A stretch of 39,745 nucleotides of DNA from a virus: the IMG/VR virus record IMGVR_UViG_3300031466_000008; one strand, given 5' to 3'. Below the pieces are notes generated by a model. It made no database searches. It saw nothing but the letters and a program-made list of their open reading frames with translations, and had not been told where the DNA came from. This document shows positions 8,329 to 15,651 of the stretch, in pieces (the stretch's first letter is position 1; each line of letters opens with the position of its first letter). A program made the position numbers and the translations under genes.

Positions 8329-8757
8329 GTGGGTGCGACCGTAAAACTTCACAAAAGCACGTTTCAGCATGTCGAAGCCGAATTGTACCGGTACCATGAA
8401 ACGAAAAGAGAAATCACCAGGATTAAAAACGACATCCTCTACGGGACAAGCCCGCCCGATGAGAACGTTGGTGGTGGTAGGAGTAACATTCCTGGTGATC
8501 CTACGGGGCGGGCCGGTACGCTACTTGCCTCATACCGACTTCTCCAACACATGGTAAGGGTAGTTGATGCGATCGAGACAATTTACAATCAACTTCCCGA
8601 AGAGAAAAAGAAACTGATAGAACTAAAATATTGGACCAAGTCTCAAGAATTAAGTTGGGACGGAATCGCCATGCAACTTCATGTTAGCAGGAACACGGCT
8701 ATTAACTGGCGCGACGAGATTGTACAAGCCATTGCTGAGCATCTTGGGTGGTGGTGA
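8329..8757 (+). CDS. RinA/ArpU-family late transcriptional activator (sigma region-4-like)
   Basis: VEAELYRYHETKREI... plus a C-terminal HTH, SWDGIAMQLHVSRNTAINWRDEIV. The position upstream of the late genes fits. Confidence 0.75.
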   Translation: MGATVKLHKSTFQHVEAELYRYHETKREITRIKNDILYGTSPPDENVGGGRSNIPGDPTGRAGTLLASYRLLQHMVRVVDAIETIYNQLPEEKKKLIELKYWTKSQELSWDGIAMQLHVSRNTAINWRDEIVQAIAEHLGWW

Positions 8758-8855
8758 TTTGTACTAATTTTGGACGCACAAAAAGAAAAAAATTTTAAAA
8801 TCTTATAATAAAGGGGGCGAAGCCCCCGAGGGCCAAACCCAAGGGGGCGCACCAC

Positions 8856-9536
8856 ATGGACAACGAATATAACGAAGTATATTTCTTCCCGTGTTGGAAG
8901 TGCGGTACGCCCGTTTCTTTAATGACCAGATACCCCATCCTCCGGGTGTTTTGCCCCGATTGCAAGGATGAGCATTTGGCAGAGAAAGAAGAAACATTGA
9001 AGCAATATATCAGACTCAAGACTTTGGTGATGCATGAAAGGGCCTTGCGGATTCTGGAAAAACAGGAAGCTCACTTATTCAAATACAAAGACGCTTCCGA
9101 AGCTGTGTTGGAATTTGCCCTGGATGATCCGGAGAAATTTGCTAGCTCCCACGAAATGATTGCCGCAATGGAATTGATCCGCAATGGCGTAAAGGTTAAG
9201 GTTCAGCAGAAAATCGGCAAACACCGCGTTGATTTCGTAATACCTGGGTTTAAAGTCGTGTTGGAAATAGACGGTTATATGCACGATTACCACAAGATCA
9301 AGGATAGTAAACGCGACATCGAATTGAGAAACGAGCTTGGTCCGGAGTGGGAAGTTGTCCGCATCCCGACCAAGTATATCGAACAAAACGCGGGTGCGCT
9401 TATATCAGCTATCAAGGCTGTCTACAAGTTCAAGCAAGACGCAAGAAAGGCGAACAATGGTGTTTTGCCAGAATGGTATTCAAGCAGGGAGAAAATGCAT
9501 TACGCTAAGCTCCTTGGCTCAAAGGCTAAGGCTTAG
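8856..9536 (+). CDS. Zn-ribbon plus DUF559/Vsr-like (PD-(D/E)xK) endonuclease-domain protein
   Basis: N-terminal CWKCG...CPDC. The C-terminal HRVDFVIPGFKVVLEIDGYMHDY...RDIELRNELGPEWEVVRI is typical of DUF559. The cassette is AT-richer than its surroundings. Confidence 0.7.
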   Translation: MDNEYNEVYFFPCWKCGTPVSLMTRYPILRVFCPDCKDEHLAEKEETLKQYIRLKTLVMHERALRILEKQEAHLFKYKDASEAVLEFALDDPEKFASSHEMIAAMELIRNGVKVKVQQKIGKHRVDFVIPGFKVVLEIDGYMHDYHKIKDSKRDIELRNELGPEWEVVRIPTKYIEQNAGALISAIKAVYKFKQDARKANNGVLPEWYSSREKMHYAKLLGSKAKA

Positions 9537-9740
9537 ATAAAAGAAGGCGTGCGCGGGAGTAAGCCGGTTGGCTCCCGCACGGGTAAAGTCTCCATGGATG
9601 CCTAGGGTGGGAGGCGGAGACTGAAACTGATCCGATTGGTGATTCTCCCGCCGCATCGTCCACGGCACTCTGTCCACGGATGGCGTGCAGGACGATATCC
9701 GGAGCGGCGGGAACATGAGGGATCGGGGATAGCCCGGTCG

Positions 9741-9856
9741 GGGATGCGGTGGCGAAATGGTGTAGACGTACAATGGGCACTAACGGACACGGTAAGGGTG
9801 CAGCCCCATGATTACCGCCCGTGTCATGCGGGGTGCAAATCCCTGCCCGCATCCCA
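9741..9856 (+). ncRNA. tRNA-like domain inside the RNA locus (not a canonical tRNA)
   Basis: GGGATGCGG 9741-9749 pairs with CCGCATCCC 9847-9855, and the strand ends in CCA. There is a T-arm-like hairpin GCGGGG-TGCAAAT-CCCTGC (9828-9846) and a D-loop-like AATGGTGTAG. The domain is 116 nt, too long for a tRNA. Confidence 0.4.
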
Positions 9857-10210
9857 ATATCGGTGATTCGCTCGTCTGACGCGCAACAATCGGCGCTAAT
9901 CCTAGGTTCAGACGGGCATCACATATAGCGACATGCGCCGGGTAACAGCAAGGTCAGCGTAAGGCTGGCAGCGTCATTCGGACGTGGGATCCTTGCTCCG
10001 GGGGTCGCAATCGCCGCCACTATATCCCGAAACCATGACCTCTTCGGTCGTGAGGAAATCCTTCCTTCCAGCGTGGGAGTAGGATAGGGAATAGGGCGGT
10101 GAAATCGGTGATTCTCCCGCCACAGACTCGTTTTTCCGTTCGTGTAGACGATGTGACAATTCGGGCGCATTTGTCGCCAGTGGCGGGGATCACATACAGA
10201 ACATACCACA

Positions 10211-10233
10211 GTCCGCATATCGCGGGCTTTTTT
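10211..10233 (+). terminator. Intrinsic terminator
   Basis: GTCCGC-ATATC-GCGGGC followed by TTTTTT. Confidence 0.75.
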
Positions 10234-10255
10234 ATTTGGAAAAGGGGGTGAGCGT

Positions 10256-11302
10256 GTGCAACGCAATTGGACAGATGATGAATACCAATACCTTCTTGAG
10301 TTGATGGAAAGATATCAAGATTGGACATACGCCCAATATGCGGAGGCGCTCGCCCATAGATTCGGGCGTGATTTCACAAGCGAGAGTGTCCGGAAAAAAT
10401 TGAAACGTGCCGGAGACCGGAAGGGTGCAGCGAGCTTCATCGACCGAAAAAACGCCGAGGAACACGATCCGGAAAGACTCTTGTTCGTGATGATCCGCGC
10501 CCAAAAAGAGTTCCAGGAAATCGATGACCGGCAGACGGCCGTGACGATTGACATTCAAGACGATAAGCCGATCGGTATATGCTTCTCGGGTGACTGGCAC
10601 ATCGGGGGATTATACACGGATCACGAGCAGTTGCTTCGAGACAGCGAATTGATCCGAGATACAGACGGTGTGTACAACATCCTCATGGGCGACTACTGCG
10701 ACAACTACATCACGCGTAGTCATGCTGGCGGCTCATTTGAGCAAGTTGTCACGGCAGACAAGCAGCGCGAGCTGTGCGAGTTCTTTTTCGTGCGCTACTA
10801 CAAACGCGGCAATTTGGCGGTACTCAAAGGTAACCACGACAACTGGGAGTACAAAGAAACAGGCGAAGACTTCATCAAGTATTTGGCGCGCCGCATCGAG
10901 TCTCCGTATTTGTGGTACGGCGGCCGGATTACGTTGCGTTTCGGAGATGCGACGTACAGGATCCAGGCGCACCACTCGTACCGGTACAACTCCAGTCTGA
11001 ACACGACGAACAGCCAACGGAACCTGTTCAACGCAACGCATGCGGACATCATCGCTCTGGGGCACGTACATACCAATGAGACGCATGCAAAGACGGTGGG
11101 TGGAATTGACACCGTCTGGATGCGGACGGGCAGCTACAAGATCACGGATGACTATTCTCAATGGCTCGGCGGTCTCAAGAGCGATGCGCGTGTGCCGATG
11201 TGCGTGCTGTTCCCGGATCGGAAGAAAATCGTGGACTTCCGCGATTTTCGAGATGGCATTGAGTATTTGGCGATGAAACGAGCGAATCTAGCGATGGCGT
11301 GA
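10256..11302 (+). CDS. Calcineurin-like metallophosphoesterase with an N-terminal Myb/SANT-like helix bundle
   Basis: GDWH, GDYCDN, GNHD and GHVH motifs in the canonical order. GTG start with an AAGGGGG RBS. Confidence 0.85.
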   Translation: MQRNWTDDEYQYLLELMERYQDWTYAQYAEALAHRFGRDFTSESVRKKLKRAGDRKGAASFIDRKNAEEHDPERLLFVMIRAQKEFQEIDDRQTAVTIDIQDDKPIGICFSGDWHIGGLYTDHEQLLRDSELIRDTDGVYNILMGDYCDNYITRSHAGGSFEQVVTADKQRELCEFFFVRYYKRGNLAVLKGNHDNWEYKETGEDFIKYLARRIESPYLWYGGRITLRFGDATYRIQAHHSYRYNSSLNTTNSQRNLFNATHADIIALGHVHTNETHAKTVGGIDTVWMRTGSYKITDDYSQWLGGLKSDARVPMCVLFPDRKKIVDFRDFRDGIEYLAMKRANLAMA

Positions 11303-11315
11303 GGAGGGATGAGTA

Positions 11316-11681
11316 ATGAACGGGCATCAACCGGATTACATGTCAGTTGGTAAACCGCCGAATTGCGGCAGCAGTATTATCAGAGGTATCGGCCCGGATA
11401 CACCAAAGGTCGTAAACAAAGAAGGCGGCTCACAATCGCATTTGCCATATCGTTTTGACTTGATCGACCCACAAGCAATCTTTGCACTTGCAGAGGTGCT
11501 TTATCAAGGATCGGAAAGACACGGAGAAGACAACTGGCGAAAGATACCGATCAATGACCATTTGAACCACGCACTCGCGCATATCTACGCATACATGGCC
11601 GGGGATGAACAGGACGATCACCTCGGCCATGCGTTTTGTCGGATGATGTTTGCGGTGGCGCTGGAGCGCGGGAATAAATAA
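11316..11681 (+). CDS. DUF5664-like / dNTP pyrophosphohydrolase N-terminal-like protein
   Basis: YGEDNWRK...HLNHALAHIYAYMAGDEQDDHLGHAFCRMMF resembles the all-alpha phage family. Assigned from memory only. Confidence 0.5.
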   Translation: MNGHQPDYMSVGKPPNCGSSIIRGIGPDTPKVVNKEGGSQSHLPYRFDLIDPQAIFALAEVLYQGSERHGEDNWRKIPINDHLNHALAHIYAYMAGDEQDDHLGHAFCRMMFAVALERGNK

Positions 11682-11687
11682 TCGATT

Positions 11688-13799
11688 TTGGAGAGTGGCG
11701 CGGCTTTGCGCTGCGATTTAAAGGTGGGGAGCGGAGAAGTGACATACAAGTTAATACATGGAGATTGTTTGGAAGAATTAAAAAAAATGCCTGATCATAG
11801 CGTTGATTCGGTTGTCACTGACCCGCCGTATGGCCTTTCGCAAGAACCGGATATCCGCGAAGTCTTAGAAAAATGGCTCGCGGGCGAAGATTATCACCAT
11901 CGTGGTGGCGGGTTTATGGGCAAAACGTGGGATTCGTTCGTGCCGGGTCCGGCGATTTGGCGGGAAGTCTACCGCGTGCTGAAACCTGGCGGCCATGCGC
12001 TTGTATTCGCCGGGACACGGACGCAGGATCTGATGACAACAGCGCTACGGCTGGCGGGTTTTGAGATTCGGGACGTCGTCGAATGGCTGTATTTCTCCGG
12101 CTTCCCGAAGTCGCTCGACGTAGGCAAGGCGTTCGATAAGCGAAAAGGCGGGGCGTCTTTCGTCCATGAGTTCGCGAAGCTGATAAAGAAAAAACGCCTA
12201 GAAAAAGGGTATTCGCTGGCATTTATGGATAAGGAGGTGTGCGGCGGAACGACAAATTATTCGTGGTTCGAGGGCAGACCGGCGGGTGTAAGGCTACCGC
12301 AATTAAAAGAGTATTACAAGATAAAGGAGCTATTAGACCTAGACGATACGTATGACGAAATGATGGAGGAAGCCGAGCGCGAGAAAATCGGCGAACGACA
12401 AAAGTTAGATACATTCGTTCGGAAGGGCGGTTATGTAGCGGGAGAAGCAGACGCGAGCCAATATGATAAAAAAGTGATCGACATCACCGCTCCCGCTACC
12501 GACCTTGCCAAAAAGTGGAGCGGATGGGGAACTGCTCTGAAACCGAGCCACGAGCCAATAATATATGCTCACAAACCATTTAATTCCGTTCCGTTTTCAG
12601 GTATAATGGAGGAGACAACAAGTCTCCTGGAGGTAGCGTTATGCCTGTTACTGTCAAGTGTGAATGGTGCGGAAAGGATTTTCAGGTTAAGCCCAAGCGA
12701 GTTAAACGGGGAGTCAGATTTTGCAGTTATGAGTGCCGCACTGCTTCATGGGGAAAGATCCGGCGAGTTAAAAGAGCTGATGGTTACATTCAACTCACCG
12801 GAAACGGTCTTAACGTGCTTGAACATCGCTACATTATGGAACAACATCTTGGAAGAAAGCTTGAAAAATGGGAGCATGTTCACCACAAAAACGGAGACAA
12901 GTCTGACAACCGCATTGAAAACCTTGAAATCCTTGTTATTTCCGATCACGCAAGAACCCACCATCAAGGCCGTGATGACAGCGCATGGGTTCGGCTTGAA
13001 TGTAAGCAGTGCGGAAAGGAATTTGAACGACGAAGGAAGGAATACGAGCGATATCCTGAAGCGTTTTGTAGCCATGAGTGCTACCTTGAGAACCGGAGAA
13101 AATGGTACACCTGCGAATATTGCGGTGAACGCTTTACGACTAATAACCCCAAGCGTCGTTTCTGTTCTCAAACATGTGCTAACCGAAATACAAACCAACA
13201 ACGCCGAAAAAAGTCCACTTGAACCCGCCCACGAACCCATCATCATGGTCCGCAAGCCGCTTGACGGAACCGTAGCGGACAACGTAGAGCGGTGGAGAAC
13301 GGGTGCGATTAATATCGATGCGTGTAGGGTGGGTGACGAGGAGCGTATCAATCAACCGGCTGCGAATAAACCGGGCGGAAATGCGTTAATGATGAGCGCG
13401 AAGGGTATGCCGCAGAACGCGGAAGCGCGGTTAGCTGTTGGCCGTTTCCCCGCGAACTGCGTCACGACGGAGCCGGACGCCTTTTTCTCGCCATATTTCA
13501 ACGTAACCCCGGAACACCTTTGTAAAAAGGCGAGCAAACGAGATCGAAACAGCGATTGGCGCGGTGAAGAAATCGGCGCGACCAACCGTCACCCCACCGT
13601 CAAGCCGACCGACCTGATGGCGTGGCTGGTGCGGTTGGTGACGCCGCCGGGCGGAGTCGTTCTCGACCCGTTCGCAGGCAGCGGTTCGACATTAGTAGCG
13701 GCACGGCGCGAGGGGTTCGGCTTTATCGGTATTGAGCGAGAAGCCGAATATATCGAGATTGCGGAAGCACGGACTGTCATCAAAGAGTCGTTCAAATGA
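11688..13799 (+). CDS. N6/N4 DNA methyltransferase (beta class) with a ~0.68-kb in-frame insertion; likely real start GTG 11739
   Basis: DPPY (VVTDPPYGL) near the N-terminus and HPTVKP...[11 protein letters not shown] near the C-terminus. The conserved LKPxHEPII..KP motif occurs twice (12537-12581 and 13218-13262). Confidence 0.85.
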   Translation: MESGAALRCDLKVGSGEVTYKLIHGDCLEELKKMPDHSVDSVVTDPPYGLSQEPDIREVLEKWLAGEDYHHRGGGFMGKTWDSFVPGPAIWREVYRVLKPGGHALVFAGTRTQDLMTTALRLAGFEIRDVVEWLYFSGFPKSLDVGKAFDKRKGGASFVHEFAKLIKKKRLEKGYSLAFMDKEVCGGTTNYSWFEGRPAGVRLPQLKEYYKIKELLDLDDTYDEMMEEAEREKIGERQKLDTFVRKGGYVAGEADASQYDKKVIDITAPATDLAKKWSGWGTALKPSHEPIIYAHKPFNSVPFSGIMEETTSLLEVALCLLLSSVNGAERIFRLSPSELNGESDFAVMSAALLHGERSGELKELMVTFNSPETVLTCLNIATLWNNILEESLKNGSMFTTKTETSLTTALKTLKSLLFPITQEPTIKAVMTAHGFGLNVSSAERNLNDEGRNTSDILKRFVAMSATLRTGENGTPANIAVNALRLITPSVVSVLKHVLTEIQTNNAEKSPLEPAHEPIIMVRKPLDGTVADNVERWRTGAINIDACRVGDEERINQPAANKPGGNALMMSAKGMPQNAEARLAVGRFPANCVTTEPDAFFSPYFNVTPEHLCKKASKRDRNSDWRGEEIGATNRHPTVKPTDLMAWLVRLVTPPGGVVLDPFAGSGSTLVAARREGFGFIGIEREAEYIEIAEARTVIKESFK
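12641..13222 (+). CDS. HNH homing endonuclease nested in the -1 frame of the methyltransferase ORF
   Basis: Own GGAGG RBS 8 nt upstream. [43 protein letters not shown], flanked by CxxC Zn-ribbon repeats. Confidence 0.85.
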   Translation: MPVTVKCEWCGKDFQVKPKRVKRGVRFCSYECRTASWGKIRRVKRADGYIQLTGNGLNVLEHRYIMEQHLGRKLEKWEHVHHKNGDKSDNRIENLEILVISDHARTHHQGRDDSAWVRLECKQCGKEFERRRKEYERYPEAFCSHECYLENRRKWYTCEYCGERFTTNNPKRRFCSQTCANRNTNQQRRKKST

Positions 13800-13895
13800 C
13801 CGGCTTATTTTTGGAGCGCGGCATAAAGCCGACGGGAAACGTCCCATAGATGCAGAGGCGGGGGCAGGGGCGATATAGGTCAGGAGGGAAAATCC

Positions 13896-14105
13896 ATGTT
13901 AAAGGCGCATCTTGCGATTGTCATATTTGGCGCTGCGATTGCATTCGGTATTTGGTATGGCATCGGTTGGGGAGTCGGTTGGTTGCTTGACGCAGGGGTA
14001 AGTGCCGACGTCAACAGGCGAGCGTTCGAGAAAGCAGGTCTAGTGATTGGTGGCGCTCACGGAGGCCTGATCCTTTTGATTGGTATCGCACAAACATCGC
14101 ACTGA
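13896..14105 (+). CDS. Small membrane protein (two predicted TM helices)
   Basis: Hydrophobic stretches AIVIFGAAIAFGIWYGIGWGVGWLL and GLVIGGAHGGLILLIGI. Confidence 0.55.
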   Translation: MLKAHLAIVIFGAAIAFGIWYGIGWGVGWLLDAGVSADVNRRAFEKAGLVIGGAHGGLILLIGIAQTSH

Positions 14106-14172
14106 GAAAACGAGTGTGATATGTCCGGCAGAATGCTGGGCCTTTTTTATTTTCCGAAAGGAGAAAGGAGAT

Positions 14173-14460
14173 ATGGACATTGACACGATCCAAATACGGA
14201 TAACCCACCATGCCTACCAGCGATATTGTCAAAGGGTTGGACAGATTGAAAAGCGAGACCTTGTAACGCTGGTAAGATGTCATCTGGCGAGAGGTTATCG
14301 CATGACAAAAGGTTACCTTTATGCGGGAGGCTTATGGTGGCGGGCAACGCGCAAGGACAACGTATTGACGCTGCATACTTGCTATGGCGAGACGCACATC
14401 GACATACCGGATGCAGTTAGATGGGCGAAGCGGTACAAAGACAGGATAGCGCTGGGGTGA
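14173..14460 (+). CDS. Hypothetical protein
   Basis: AAAGGAGAAAGGAG RBS before ATG 14173. Confidence 0.6.
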   Translation: MDIDTIQIRITHHAYQRYCQRVGQIEKRDLVTLVRCHLARGYRMTKGYLYAGGLWWRATRKDNVLTLHTCYGETHIDIPDAVRWAKRYKDRIALG

Positions 14461-14464
14461 CGAC

Positions 14465-14866
14465 ATGCCGAGCAAACCGCGCAAACCCTGCAACAAACCG
14501 GGATGCAGGAACCTGACAACGGAACGATACTGCACAGAGCATCAGCACTTGCAGGAAGAGCAAGAACGAGCGCGACACCGGTATTATGACACATACCAAA
14601 GGGACAAGCGGGCAGCAGCGTTTTACAAGTCTGTACCGTGGCGCTTGTTACGTGAGCAGCGATTGATGAAGGATCACGGCCTTTGTCAAATGTGCCTGAA
14701 GGAACAAAGGATCACGCCAGCAACCGAGGTCGACCACATCATACCGATTCGGGTGCGGTGGGATTTGAGGTTGAGGTTGGACAATCTTCAGTCACTTTGT
14801 CATAGGCACCATATGAGTAAGACGGCTGAGGATGCACGAAGACATGAGGTGCCCGGTGGAGGTTGA
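14465..14866 (+). CDS. Terminase-associated HNH endonuclease
   Basis: C..GC...YC..H; GLCQMC; EVDHIIP...L.NLQSLCHRHH. Sits immediately upstream of cos/terS, as in HK97-like cos phages. Confidence 0.9.
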   Translation: MPSKPRKPCNKPGCRNLTTERYCTEHQHLQEEQERARHRYYDTYQRDKRAAAFYKSVPWRLLREQRLMKDHGLCQMCLKEQRITPATEVDHIIPIRVRWDLRLRLDNLQSLCHRHHMSKTAEDARRHEVPGGG

Positions 14867-15204
14867 CCGACGGAAACCCGAACACACATTCTCAACATCG
14901 CTTTAACGCGATGAAGTATGACGCTTTAACGCGGTAAAGGGGTGGGGTCAAAAGTTTCAAGGCCCTTCCGAGGGACCGCTCCCCCACCCACACGCAAATT
15001 TTTTTCCCGAAATGAAAAGTTTTAAACTGGAGGATACGTAACTTGAGGAAGTTTTTAACAAGAATCATATGTGCCTTGGCCGGACATAAATGGGTTTTGA
15101 TGTGGCCGGCTTTGGGGCGGAGTAATTGTCAGAGATGCGGGGTTTTCAAAAAATGATGTGGTAATCGGATAAACAAACATATACGCCACTTAGGAGGTGA
15201 GCTC
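14867..15204 (+). other. Candidate cos / terminase recognition region
   Basis: 338-bp non-coding gap between the HNH gene and terS. CGCTTTAACGCG occurs twice, 23 bp apart (14899-14910 and 14922-14933). There is a GGGGTGGGG/CCCCCACCC inverted repeat and TGGCCGG twice. Confidence 0.4.
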
Positions 15205-15651
15205 ATGGCGGGCAGACCATCCAAACCGGTCCAATTGCTAAAAATCGAGGGAAAGAGTCACCGTACAAAGAAGGAACTGGAACATCGCGAGAAAATGGAG
15301 AAGGCCCTTTACACCGGGACAACGTTCAAAGAGTCTCCCGCCGTGAAGGCCGATCCTGTTGCGCATAAGGAATTCTTGCGGCTTAAAAAGCTGTACAAAA
15401 ACATCCAATTTGTTGACGGTCTGGACGAGCAGATGATTAACCGGTATTGCCTGCTAATCAGCCAAGAGCAAAAGCTGATGGAGTCCGACGACTTCCTAGC
15501 GCTTCACAAGACGCGGGAAATGATCCTGAAGCTGGAGGATCGGTTGTTCCTGAACCCAGTATCCCGCATCAAGGCGATTCCGAAGAAGCCGCCTGAGGAA
15601 GAAAAAGAGTCGCCAATGGCGCAGTTTTTGAAGCGCCGGGCGGGTGGTTGA
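15205..15651 (+). CDS. terS: Terminase small subunit (P27 family-like)
   Basis: MAGRPSKP...LKIEGKSHRTKKEL at the N-terminus. Size and position fit. Confidence 0.8.
   Translation: MAGRPSKPVQLLKIEGKSHRTKKELEHREKMEKALYTGTTFKESPAVKADPVAHKEFLRLKKLYKNIQFVDGLDEQMINRYCLLISQEQKLMESDDFLALHKTREMILKLEDRLFLNPVSRIKAIPKKPPEEEKESPMAQFLKRRAGG

Larger units (their letters stand above)
9537..10233 (+). ncRNA. Candidate large structured non-coding RNA (unclassified)
   Basis: About 700 nt with only junk ORFs in all six frames. The region is GC-rich with many hand-pairable helices and repeated 11-15-mers. It ends in an intrinsic terminator on the + strand. Confidence 0.5.

Noticed and set aside
8813-8827. GGGGGC-GAA-GCCCCC hairpin as a terminator for the late-activator gene
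   Set aside because: No U-tract follows it on the + strand. The T-run lies on the - strand side, where there is no gene to terminate. I keep it only as part of the regulatory-looking region upstream of 8856.
9741-9856. Canonical tRNA or tmRNA gene
   Set aside because: At 116 nt it is too long for a tRNA. There are 57 nt where the anticodon and variable arms should be. The T-loop reads TGCAAAT instead of TTCRANY, and the D-stem has only about 3 bp. It has no tmRNA tag reading frame and is the wrong size for tmRNA. I report it only as a tRNA-like domain.
9584-10210. RNase P RNA-like strings inside the RNA locus. These are GGTAAAGTCTCCATGGATGCCTAGGGTG (compare the CR-I region), GAAATGGTG...CGGTAAGGGTGCAGCC (compare the J11/12-P12 region) and ACAGAACATACCAC near the 3' end (compare CR-V).
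   Set aside because: The defining P4 helix cannot be formed, because no ...GGCTTA-type complement to the AAAGTC segment exists near the ACAGAA box. The AGTCTCC segment instead pairs locally with GGAGACT at 9616-9622. I treat the resemblance as unproven and leave it for a covariance-model check.
12537-13262. Intein in the methyltransferase
   Set aside because: I found no intein splicing blocks (no Cys/Ser plus ...TxxH... N-terminal blocks, and no HN-Cys/Ser/Thr C-terminal junction). The HNH domain is in a different reading frame from the host protein.
14126-14155. Terminator after the small membrane protein gene (ccggcagaatgctgggccttttttatttt)
   Set aside because: The T-run is good, but I could pair only about 3 bp of stem upstream. 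That is too weak to call.
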